DNA of 39,582 bases from Chitinophagaceae bacterium (GTDB lineage: Bacteria > Bacteroidota > Bacteroidia > Chitinophagales > Chitinophagaceae). The stretch's first letter is position 1; each line of letters opens with the position of its first letter. Shown here in pieces: positions 1 to 8,523 of the stretch. The DNA lies in contig JAYWIB010000413.1 in NCBI GenBank assembly GCA_043789265.1, forward strand, positions 1 to 39,582, read 5' to 3'. Both the position numbers and the translations under genes were made by a program. The notes beneath the pieces were generated by a model that saw nothing but the letters and a program-made list of their open reading frames with translations, made no database searches and was not told where the DNA came from.

Positions 1-111
1 CAGGCTGGAAAAAACAGCAGGCGACAAATAATTATACCACAACTTTTTTATACATAGCTTCTTGCCAGTTGCTATTTTTTATTAAACGATTGCTAAACTA
101 AAAACAACTTT

Positions 112-1533
112 ATGTCAGCACAACAGCCGTATAGCTTTTTTCAAAGTGTAGAAAAAAGTTTTGACAAGGCAGCCAAATTTACCAAATGGGATTTAGGAAT
201 TTTAGAACAGATTAAAGCATGCAACAGCGTGTACCAAATGCGCTTTCCTGTAAAGCGGGATGATGGTTCCATCGAAGTAATAGAAGCCTACCGGGTTCAG
301 CATAGCCAGCACAAATCTCCATGCAAGGGCGGTATCCGCTTTAGTGATGAAGTAAACCAGGATGAAGTAATGGCACTTGCATCTTTAATGACGTACAAAT
401 GTGCCATTGTAAACGTACCCTTTGGCGGCGGCAAAGGCGGCATCAAAATAAATCCGCATAAGTACAGTGTGTATGAACTGGAAAAAATTACCCGCCGTTA
501 TACATCTGAACTGGTAAAGAAAAATTTTATTGGCCCTGGTATAGATGTGCCTGCACCTGACTATGGCACCGGCGAAAAAGAAATGGCTTGGATAGTAGAT
601 ACCTATGCCTCTTTAAAACCCGGAGAAATAGATGCAGCCGGATGTGTAACCGGCAAGCCCATTACGCAGGGCGGTGTACGTGGCCGTAAAGAAGCCACAG
701 GCCTGGGTGTTTTTTTTGGCATAAGGGAAGTGTGCAATATGGAAGACATCATGAACAAACTTGGCCTCAGCACCGGCGTGGAAGGAAAGACAGTAGTGGT
801 GCAGGGCATTGGAAATGTAGGTTACCACAGCGCCAAATTTTTCAGGGAGCATGGCGCCAAAGTTATTTGTATATCCGAACACGACGGAGCCATATACAAT
901 GCAGCGGGGCTTAATGAAGAAGACCTTTTTAATTACAAAAAAATTCATGGTACCTTTTTAAATTATCCCGGCACCACCACCCTTGCTAAAAATTCTGATG
1001 CACTGGAACTGGAATGCGATATACTGATACCTGCTGCACTGGAAAATGTTATCAATGCAGAAAATGCTGGCAGGGTAAAGGCAAAAATAATTGGGGAAGC
1101 CGCCAATGGCCCCTGCACTCCGGAAGCGGATGAAATATTTATAGAGAGAGGAATTTTATGTGTGCCGGATATGTACCTGAATGCAGGTGGCGTAACTGTT
1201 AGTTATTTTGAATGGCTGAAAAACCTGAGCCATGTGCGCTATGGCCGCATGGAAAAAAGATTTACTGAAAACCTGAACACACATATCCTCGGCCAGATAG
1301 AAGAATTAACAGGCAAGCAGGTAAGCGACAGGGAGAGGGCATTCATCATGCATGGCCCCGAAGAGCAGGACCTTGTGCACAGCGGCCTTGAAGAAACAAT
1401 GATAACCGCTACAAGGGAAATAATGGAAGTGTGGAAAAGCAATCCGGCCATACCTGACATGCGTACCGCAGCCTATATCAGCGCTATCAATAAAGTGGCA
1501 ACCAGCTATGCTGAGCTGGGTATATTTCCATAA
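112..1533 (+). CDS. gdhA: Glu/Leu/Phe/Val dehydrogenase (glutamate dehydrogenase)
   Basis: Motifs KGGIRF, GGGKGG, DVPAPD, GxGNVG, EAANGP and NAGGVTVSYFEW. Confidence 0.95.
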   Translation: MSAQQPYSFFQSVEKSFDKAAKFTKWDLGILEQIKACNSVYQMRFPVKRDDGSIEVIEAYRVQHSQHKSPCKGGIRFSDEVNQDEVMALASLMTYKCAIVNVPFGGGKGGIKINPHKYSVYELEKITRRYTSELVKKNFIGPGIDVPAPDYGTGEKEMAWIVDTYASLKPGEIDAAGCVTGKPITQGGVRGRKEATGLGVFFGIREVCNMEDIMNKLGLSTGVEGKTVVVQGIGNVGYHSAKFFREHGAKVICISEHDGAIYNAAGLNEEDLFNYKKIHGTFLNYPGTTTLAKNSDALELECDILIPAALENVINAENAGRVKAKIIGEAANGPCTPEADEIFIERGILCVPDMYLNAGGVTVSYFEWLKNLSHVRYGRMEKRFTENLNTHILGQIEELTGKQVSDRERAFIMHGPEEQDLVHSGLEETMITATREIMEVWKSNPAIPDMRTAAYISAINKVATSYAELGIFP

Positions 1534-1563
1534 AATATTTTGTAAACGATCTATAAAATTGAA

Positions 1564-1595
1564 GCCTTCTGCTACACCGCAGAAGGCATTTTTTT
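1564..1595 (+). terminator. Intrinsic terminator after gdhA
   Basis: GCCTTCTGC-tacacc-GCAGAAGGC, a 9-bp stem followed by ATTTTTTT, between convergent genes. Confidence 0.85.
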
Positions 1596-1606
1596 AAGCA
1601 CTAACC

Positions 1607-2314
1607 TTACCGCATACACAATAAAACAGCAGCAGCCACGGCCGCCGTTTCAGTCCGCAACCTTGTATGGCCAAGGGATACCGGAATAAAATGATGCTGC
1701 AGCGCCAGTTCTATTTCTTTGGAAGTAAAATCCCCTTCCGGCCCGATAAGAATGATGGAAGAGGTGGAATGATTCGTGGATAAATTTTCTAAGGGCACTT
1801 TATTTTTTTCTGCTTCGCAATGTGCAATCAATTTTTGTTGCTGCATGCTGAGGCTTATTATTTCTTGTAGCTTTTGTGGCTGCTGCAGCATTGGCAGCCA
1901 TGCCTGTTGCGATTGCAGCATGGCACTTATTACGATGCCCTGCATCCTCTCGTAACGGGATTGCTGCTTTTCTGTTCTTTCACAAATAATTGGAATAATT
2001 TCTGACACACCCATCTCTGTTGCCTTTTCTAAAAACCATTCAAAGCGCTGTGCATTTTTTAGCAGCGAAACAGCAATGCTAATTTTTGAAGAATGTGGCG
2101 GCACATATACAGACTCCAGGATTTCCACCGCACAGTTTCGTTTGTGATTGTCCGTTATTGCTGCAGTAAATAGATTTCCTTTGCCATCTGTCAGCCGGAG
2201 TGGTTCGCCATTTTGCATGCGCAGCACTTGCACTACATGCCTGCTGGTATCTTCATTTAAAATAAGAGCAGTTTCGATTGCAATGTTTTCTATGTAAAAA
2301 AAAGGAAGTGCCAT
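1607..2314 (-). CDS. rsmE: 16S rRNA m3U1498 methyltransferase RsmE
   Basis: Motifs HVVQVLRM, EKATEMGV, IGPEGDF and LGHTRLRTETA. Confidence 0.95.
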   Translation of the reverse strand: MALPFFYIENIAIETALILNEDTSRHVVQVLRMQNGEPLRLTDGKGNLFTAAITDNHKRNCAVEILESVYVPPHSSKISIAVSLLKNAQRFEWFLEKATEMGVSEIIPIICERTEKQQSRYERMQGIVISAMLQSQQAWLPMLQQPQKLQEIISLSMQQQKLIAHCEAEKNKVPLENLSTNHSTSSIILIGPEGDFTSKEIELALQHHFIPVSLGHTRLRTETAAVAAAVLLCMR

Positions 2315-2347
2315 TCAATAATTCGTTGATTGATCGTTTCCTGATTT

Positions 2348-3910
2348 TTAAAACGGCGCATCATCATCAAAATTGCCATCATTCATTTTGCTGCCTTTTT
2401 GAATATACAATTTGGCACCGCCATCATCATCGGACTTTACCGGTCTGAAATTACCACCGGGTATGCCGCCGCCAAAACCGCCGGCATCATCATCAGTGTC
2501 TTCAATAAATTTTTGTATGTGCAGCAGTGCTTTTAGTTTGATGGTATCCAGGCTGCCATTTCTATGCTTAGCAATTTTTACGTAGGTTTCGCCTTTGGTG
2601 CTTTCGCCCATTTCGTTGGCAGTAATTTCATAATATTCGGGCCGGTACAGAAACATTACCATATCTGCATCCTGCTCAATGGCACCTGATTCACGCAAGT
2701 CACTTAGCTGCGGAATTTTTGCGCCTTCTTTTCTTTTCTCCACTTCCCTGCTCAACTGGCTGAGTGCAATGATGGGTACCTGCAATTCTTTGGCAAGCCC
2801 TTTTAAGTCTCTTGATATGCGGCTAATTTCCTGCTCCCGGTTGGCATTGCGGTTTTCGCTTGCGCCACTCATCAACTGCAGGTAGTCAATAATGATTAAG
2901 CCTACATTGTGTTTGTTTTTCAAACGCCGGCATTTTGCCCTCAGTTCAAAAATATTTAAGGCCGCTGTATCATCAATAAAAATAGGCGCATTGCTCAGCC
3001 GCTCAATACCTCTTTTGTACAACTGTTTCATTTCATGCTCTTCCAGCTTTCCCCTTGAAATTTTTTCAAGCCATATCTCACTCTCTGCACTAAGGATACG
3101 CTGCACCAGTTGGCCGGCACTCATCTCCAGGCTGAAAAAGGCCACAGGCGTTGGTTTGCCCACACTTAATGCCGCACTGCGGGCAAGGTTTAGTGCAAAA
3201 GCAGTTTTACCCACAGAAGGCCGTGCCGCCAGAATAATTAAATCGGTGGGCTGCCATCCATAGGTTAATTTATCCAGCGTAGGAAAGCCGCTCGGCACAC
3301 CCGTAATGTCTTCATCCCGGTTGCGCATGTCTTCAATTCGCTGTATCGTTTTTACCAATACTGTGTTGATGTCATCAAAATTTTTACGCAGATGATTGTT
3401 AGTTATCTCAAATAATTTGGACTCCGCCTCATCCAGCAGGTCAAATACATCGGTACTGTCTTCATACGCATCGCCAATTATTTCGCCGCTTATTCTTATC
3501 AATTCCCGCTGTATAAATTTTTGGAGTATTATTCGGGAGTGTGCGTCTATATTAGCAGAAGATACAACGGCATTGGTAAGTTTGGAAACATAATACGGCC
3601 CGCCCACCAAGTCAAGTTCTTCTCTTACTTTTAATTCTTCCACCACCGTCAGCAAATCAATGGGCAAACTTTTGGTGGCCAGTGCCTGCATGGCTTTGTA
3701 TATGCGCTGGTTGGTGTCTGTATAAAAACATTCGGGTTTTAAGATTTCCACTACAGTATCAAAAGCGCTTTTTTCCAGCATGATGGCGCCCAATACTGCT
3801 TCTTCCAAATCTCTTGCCTGTGGCGGAACTTTACCAAATACCATATTACCCAAATCAAGTGAGGATTTTCTTCTTGTCTTTCTATCCTTATTCAGGTTGG
3901 TTAATTCCAT
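2348..3910 (-). CDS. dnaB: Replicative DNA helicase DnaB
   Basis: Motifs PPQARDLEEAVLG, AARPSVGKT (Walker A), IIDYLQL, LSQLSR, DLRESGAIEQDAD and KHRNG. Confidence 0.97.
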   Translation of the reverse strand: MELTNLNKDRKTRRKSSLDLGNMVFGKVPPQARDLEEAVLGAIMLEKSAFDTVVEILKPECFYTDTNQRIYKAMQALATKSLPIDLLTVVEELKVREELDLVGGPYYVSKLTNAVVSSANIDAHSRIILQKFIQRELIRISGEIIGDAYEDSTDVFDLLDEAESKLFEITNNHLRKNFDDINTVLVKTIQRIEDMRNRDEDITGVPSGFPTLDKLTYGWQPTDLIILAARPSVGKTAFALNLARSAALSVGKPTPVAFFSLEMSAGQLVQRILSAESEIWLEKISRGKLEEHEMKQLYKRGIERLSNAPIFIDDTAALNIFELRAKCRRLKNKHNVGLIIIDYLQLMSGASENRNANREQEISRISRDLKGLAKELQVPIIALSQLSREVEKRKEGAKIPQLSDLRESGAIEQDADMVMFLYRPEYYEITANEMGESTKGETYVKIAKHRNGSLDTIKLKALLHIQKFIEDTDDDAGGFGGGIPGGNFRPVKSDDDGGAKLYIQKGSKMNDGNFDDDAPF

Positions 3911-4066
3911 TGTGTTTCAGTTGTTCTTTTTTTTAAAATTGTTTCTGCAAATCTTGTCCTGTACTAAATTTCACTTATGAAAAAAGTATCCGACTACGTT
4001 AGTAGTGCAGAAAAAATCTTTTTCCGGTGCTGATTTTATTACGGGGCGGCTAAGATAAAAGCAAAA

Positions 4067-4313
4067 TGTGTAAGCTTTATTCACATAGGATTGTTATTAA
4101 GTTTTTATACGGGTTATACACAGCATCTGCACAGGCAAAGGTAGTTTATAAACGGCTTATACACATAGTTATTCAGGTAAGAAATTCAGCTTTTGTTGAA
4201 TTGCGTAACCTTTTATTAACATGAAAATTTTTAAGGAAAATTTTTCTTCACCAATGCGGTAAATTTTTGTGCTTGCTTTTATGATGTCGATTGATTAAAC
4301 AAGTTTTTTCACA
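4067..4313. promoter_or_regulatory. Cluster of DnaA boxes (candidate oriC)
   Basis: Exact TTWTNCACA matches at 4077, 4114, 4157 and 4305, a 1-mismatch box at 4213 and 2-mismatch boxes at 4125, 4146 and 4169, all in an AT-rich divergent gap. Confidence 0.7.
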
Positions 4314-4358
4314 AATAAACACTCCCCGTATCGGGTATTATGTGAGCGATTCAATAAC

Positions 4359-4366
4359 TATCTTTG
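4359..4366 (+). promoter_or_regulatory. Bacteroidota -7 promoter element for pheT
   Basis: TATCTTTG fits TAnnTTTG, 33 nt before the pheT ATG. Confidence 0.6.
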
Positions 4367-4399
4367 CGGCCTTATCATACAGTATAAATGCTGCAATAA

Positions 4400-6844
4400 A
4401 TGACCATTAGTTACAACTGGCTGAGTGAATACCTGCCCGCCGCAATAAGCGGTGCGGATAAACCTGACCCCGAAAAACTGTCAAAAATTTTGACATCTAT
4501 CGGGCTTGAAGTAGAGAGAGTGGAAAAATATGAAGTAATAAAAGGCGGAATGGAAGGATTGATAATTGGCGAAGTACTCACCTGTCAAAAACATCCGGAT
4601 GCAGATAAGCTAAGCATTACTACCGTACAAACCGGCAGCGGTACGCCCCTGCAAATTGTATGCGGTGCACCCAATGTGGCAGCCGGCCAAAAAGTAGTGG
4701 TGGCGCCAATTGGCAGTACCATCTATCCATTTGCTGGCGGTGAAGTACTAATGAAAAAAGCAAAAATAAGGGGGGTGGAAAGTGCAGGAATGATTTGTGC
4801 CGAAGATGAAATTGGCCTTAGCGAAAATCATGCAGGCATAGCCATATTGCCTGCAAATGTAAAGTCGGGTACACCTGCTAAAGAATATTTTAAACCTTAC
4901 CAGGATTATATTTTTGAAATAGGTCTTACACCCAACCGCATGGATGCCATGAGCCACCTGGGTGTGGCGAAAGATGTATGTGCTTATTTATGGCATCACA
5001 ATAAAAAAGAATTGCAGCCGGTATTACCTTTTAAAAATAATTTTAAGGCAGACAATCACTCCCTGCCCATTACTGTAAAAATAGAAAATACCGAAGCCTG
5101 CCAGCGCTATGCCGGTGTAAGTATTAAAGGTGTAACCATTGCCGAAAGCCCGGTATGGCTGCAGCAAAAACTTAAAAGTATCGGCATGCGGCCTATCAAT
5201 AATATTGTAGACATCACTAATTTTATTTTGCATGAAACCGGCCAGCCCCTGCATGCATTTGATGCCGACAACATTAAAGGCAATAAGGTAATTGTAAAAA
5301 ATTTGCCCGAAGGCACGCCCTTTACCAGCCTGGATGAAAAAGAAAGAAAATTAAGCGCCACTGATTTGATGATATGCAATGAAAGTGAAGGCATGTGCAT
5401 AGCCGGAGTTTATGGAGGAATTCAAAGCGGCGTAAAGAACGCTACAAAAAATATTTTTTTAGAAAGCGCCTGGTTCCACCCGGCCAGCATTCGTAAAACT
5501 TCTTTTACCCACGGCTTAAGAACGGATGCTGCCACAAGGTTTGAAAAAGGCGTAGACATTAGCAACACCGTGCAAGTACTTAAGCGGGCAGCATTGCTTA
5601 TTAAAGAAATAGCAGGCGGGCAAATTGCATCTGAGGTGGTGGACATTTATCCGGAACCAAAAAACAAAACGGAAGTAACCCTTAGTTTTCATTACTTAAA
5701 AAAACTGAGCGGAAAAAATTATCACAGCAATGCTATAAAAAATATTCTTACTGCACTGGGTTTTGAAATTATTAAAGAAGGTTATGATGATATTCGTACA
5801 GCAGTGCCTTTTAGCAAACCAGACATTACCATCCCGGCAGATATCGTGGAAGAAATAATGCGGATTGACGGGCTGGATAATATCGAGATTCCTGCAGTCA
5901 TCAGCATTGCTCCTTCTGTGGAAACGCTGGCGCATGAAGCGGCTTACAAAGAAAAAACAGCGGGCTATCTTGTTGGCCTTGGATTCAATGAAATATTTAC
6001 CAACAGCATTACCAATGCGGCTTATTACAGTGAAGCAGTGCTGGAGCATACGGTAAAAATGATCAACAGCCTGAGTGCCGAATTAAATGTAATGCGCCCA
6101 TCCATGCTGCAAACTGGCCTTGAAACTGTGGCGTATAATCTTAACCGGAAAAACAATGACTTGCTGCTGTTTGAATTTGGTAAAGTATACCATACCAGTA
6201 GTACAGGCATGTATCAGGAGCAGGAACATCTTTCGCTTTTTATTACAGGTAAACCAACTGCTGACGGATGGAAATCAAAAGCAGCCAAGGCAGATTTTTA
6301 TTATGCAAAAGCAGTGTGTGAAAAAATTATACTGGGATGCGGCTTAAAAATAAATGCGGTGGATACCGGCGAAAGTGAAGAACTGACTTCATGTATTTCT
6401 GTAAAAGTTAACAATGAAGTGGTGGCCACCATTGGCAGCGTACATAAAAAAACAATGGAAAAATTTGAAATAAAGCAGCCTGTTTTTTTTATTGATATGC
6501 TGTGGGATAAAATTACCAGCCTTAATAAAAAACAGCAGATAGCATTTAAAGGGATTCCAAAATATCCTGCGGTGCAGCGGGACATAGCTATAGTGGTGGA
6601 CAAAAATCTTACATACGCCGCAGTGGAAAAAGCCACACAGGCTGCAAGGCCGGGCAAGCTGAAATCGGTAAATTTGTTTGATATATTTGAAAGCGAAAAA
6701 TTAGGGGCAGATAAAAAATCAATGGCTGTAAATTTTACTTTTGAGGATGAAGAAAAAACAATGACGGATAAAGACATTGATGCCATGATGGCAAAAATTG
6801 TTGCCTCGTATGAAAAAGAGCTGAATGCTGAAATAAGAAAATAG
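4400..6844 (+). CDS. pheT: Phenylalanine--tRNA ligase beta subunit
   Basis: Motifs ISYNWL, HPDADKL, IVCGAPNV, TPNRMD, GQPLHAFD, RFEKG and a C-terminal FDX-ACB-like domain (YPAVQRDIA). Confidence 0.97.
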   Translation: MTISYNWLSEYLPAAISGADKPDPEKLSKILTSIGLEVERVEKYEVIKGGMEGLIIGEVLTCQKHPDADKLSITTVQTGSGTPLQIVCGAPNVAAGQKVVVAPIGSTIYPFAGGEVLMKKAKIRGVESAGMICAEDEIGLSENHAGIAILPANVKSGTPAKEYFKPYQDYIFEIGLTPNRMDAMSHLGVAKDVCAYLWHHNKKELQPVLPFKNNFKADNHSLPITVKIENTEACQRYAGVSIKGVTIAESPVWLQQKLKSIGMRPINNIVDITNFILHETGQPLHAFDADNIKGNKVIVKNLPEGTPFTSLDEKERKLSATDLMICNESEGMCIAGVYGGIQSGVKNATKNIFLESAWFHPASIRKTSFTHGLRTDAATRFEKGVDISNTVQVLKRAALLIKEIAGGQIASEVVDIYPEPKNKTEVTLSFHYLKKLSGKNYHSNAIKNILTALGFEIIKEGYDDIRTAVPFSKPDITIPADIVEEIMRIDGLDNIEIPAVISIAPSVETLAHEAAYKEKTAGYLVGLGFNEIFTNSITNAAYYSEAVLEHTVKMINSLSAELNVMRPSMLQTGLETVAYNLNRKNNDLLLFEFGKVYHTSSTGMYQEQEHLSLFITGKPTADGWKSKAAKADFYYAKAVCEKIILGCGLKINAVDTGESEELTSCISVKVNNEVVATIGSVHKKTMEKFEIKQPVFFIDMLWDKITSLNKKQQIAFKGIPKYPAVQRDIAIVVDKNLTYAAVEKATQAARPGKLKSVNLFDIFESEKLGADKKSMAVNFTFEDEEKTMTDKDIDAMMAKIVASYEKELNAEIRK

Positions 6845-6886
6845 GCAGTCAATACTTTTAATGAAATAAAATGTTATACAGCGGGT

Positions 6887-7174
6887 ATGTCAGCATTACA
6901 ACAAAATATACAATCTGTTAACAGCAAGCTGCAGCAATTGCTGAAGCACTATGCGGCACTGCAGAAAGAAAATGAAAAACTGCAGCGGCAGGTAGCCGAC
7001 CTCAACATTGTAAGGCAAAAAGATGCAGCGCAAAATGAACAGCTCCGGCAGCAGGTAAATATTTTAAAAACTGCCGCAGGCATTATGAACGAAGCTGAAA
7101 AAAAAATATTTGATAAACAGATCGCCAGGTACATTAAGGATATTGATAAATGTATCGGCATGCTAAGCGAATAA
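6887..7174 (+). CDS. Coiled-coil protein, ZapB-like
   Basis: Heptad-rich 95 aa directly before zapA, ending IDKCIGML; this arrangement is typical of Bacteroidota. Confidence 0.7.
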   Translation: MSALQQNIQSVNSKLQQLLKHYAALQKENEKLQRQVADLNIVRQKDAAQNEQLRQQVNILKTAAGIMNEAEKKIFDKQIARYIKDIDKCIGMLSE

Positions 7175-7177
7175 ATT

Positions 7178-7459
7178 ATGGCGGAACTAATACCTGTAAA
7201 TATTGTAATTGGCGACCGTACTTATCGCATCAAAACCAGTCCGCAGGATGAAGAAACGGTACGGCGAACAGTTAAAATAATCAATGATAAAATACTGGAA
7301 TTTAAAACCAAGTATGCAGGAAAAGATATGCAGGATTATATTGCCATGGTTATCATTTGGTACGCTACGCAAACCTCAGCAGACAGCAACCCTGCACTGG
7401 AAAAAGAAGTAGCTGATGCGCTGCTCAAAATGGAAGAGCAGCTCAATAAAGTGTTATGA
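7178..7459 (+). CDS. zapA: Cell division protein ZapA
   Basis: IVIGDRTYRIK...EETVRR...INDKI...KDMQDY pattern. Confidence 0.85.
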   Translation: MAELIPVNIVIGDRTYRIKTSPQDEETVRRTVKIINDKILEFKTKYAGKDMQDYIAMVIIWYATQTSADSNPALEKEVADALLKMEEQLNKVL

Positions 7460-7474
7460 TAACAGGGAAAGTGA

Positions 7475-7879
7475 TTACACAGCAAAGCTTTCACCACAGC
7501 CACAGCTACGGCTTGCATTGGGATTGTTGAAATAAAACCCCTTGCCGTTTAATCCATCACTAAATTCAAGCTCGGTATTTACGAGGTATAAAAAACTTTT
7601 TAAATCGCAGACTATTTTTATACCCTTGTCTTCAAACACCTGATCCATTGGTTTTACTTCGTTATCAAAATCCATTTTGTAACTAAGTCCGCTGCAGCCC
7701 CCACCCACTACACCTACCCTTAAAAAATATGCTGGATCGTCTTTAAGGCCTGCTTCATTCATCAGACCCAGCACTTTTGCTTTCGCTTTGTTGGAGATAA
7801 GAACAGCCCCCTCCAAACCTCCCCCTGAGGGTGAGGCTTTGGAAGACCCTGAAATTTCTGTGTTCTTTTCTGCTGTCAT
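7475..7879 (-). CDS. iscA: Fe-S cluster assembly accessory protein IscA/HesB with an N-terminal extension
   Basis: GGCSGLSY and CGCGESF motifs; adjacent to iscU. Confidence 0.92.
   Translation of the reverse strand: MTAEKNTEISGSSKASPSGGGLEGAVLISNKAKAKVLGLMNEAGLKDDPAYFLRVGVVGGGCSGLSYKMDFDNEVKPMDQVFEDKGIKIVCDLKSFLYLVNTELEFSDGLNGKGFYFNNPNASRSCGCGESFAV
7805..7840. repeat. GC-rich palindromic repeat inside the iscA coding sequence
   Basis: agccccctccaaacctccccctgagggtgaggcttt; an inverted homologue of 7928-7964; encodes KASPSGGGLEGA. Confidence 0.8.
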
Positions 7880-7927
7880 GATTTCACTCTCTAAATAATC
7901 AAATGCCTTTTCAAGATAAAAAACTTC

Positions 7928-7964
7928 AAAGTCCTCCCCATCGGGGAGGATTTAGGAGGGGCTT
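7928..7964. repeat. GC-rich palindromic repeat between iscU and iscA
   Basis: aaagtcctccccatcggggaggatttaggaggggctt, with internal hairpin TCCTCCCC-atc-GGGGAGGA. Confidence 0.8.
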
Positions 7965-8384
7965 TTAATGCACCACGCTTTCTTCAAACTTAATGGCTTC
8001 CATTCCGTTTTTAACACGGTAATCGTTGATGGCGGCTTTGATAGCATCTTCGGCCAACACGGAGCAGTGTATTTTTACAGGAGGCAAATTTAATTCTTCC
8101 ACAATGTCCATGTTATCAATTTTCAATGCGTCATCTACAGACTTTCCTTTCAACCATTCAGTAGCCAGCGAAGAAGATGCAATGGCAGAGCCACAACCAA
8201 AGGTTTTAAATTTTGCATCTTTAATCATGCCGGTAGCATCATCCACTTCTATCTGCAAGCGCATTACATCACCGCATTCAGGTGCACCTACCAGTCCTGT
8301 TCCTACACTTTTACTGCTTTTATCAAGGGTACCCACATTTTTTGGGTTTCGATAATGATCTATTACTTTTTCTGAGTATGCCAT
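7965..8384 (-). CDS. iscU: Fe-S scaffold protein IscU
   Basis: Motifs YSEKVIDHY, GAPECGD, KTFGCGSAIASSS and LPPVKIHCS. Confidence 0.97.
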   Translation of the reverse strand: MAYSEKVIDHYRNPKNVGTLDKSSKSVGTGLVGAPECGDVMRLQIEVDDATGMIKDAKFKTFGCGSAIASSSLATEWLKGKSVDDALKIDNMDIVEELNLPPVKIHCSVLAEDAIKAAINDYRVKNGMEAIKFEESVVH

Positions 8385-8392
8385 AATTATTT

Positions 8393-8522
8393 GCCTTTAT
8401 CCCTTTGAGGGACTAAAACCTTTAAGGCGAAAGGCTTTTATATTTTTATAAAATTTTAATATTTATTTACCAATATCCCTTTTAGGGGATAAGGGCAGAA
8501 TTACCCTTTAGGGGATAAGGGC
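8393..8522. repeat. Three short palindromic repeats (one inverted, two tandem) between iscS and iscU
   Basis: 8393-8412 (reverse complement tccctcaaagggataaaggc), 8476-8496 tcccttttaggggataagggc and 8503-8522 accctttaggggataagggc. Confidence 0.8.
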
Positions 8523-8523
8523 T

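Noticed and set aside
6301-6852. Long antisense ORFs (also 26435-27061 and 25334-25840)
   Set aside because: They are shadows of well-supported genes on the other strand and carry no motifs of their own.
7460-7474. 6S RNA or rny, which often follow zapA
   Set aside because: Only 15 bp separate zapA from the convergent iscA stop, so there is no room.
8393-8522. Possible mini CRISPR array
   Set aside because: The repeats are about 20 bp, in mixed orientation, with a 6-bp gap between the tandem pair, and no cas genes are present.
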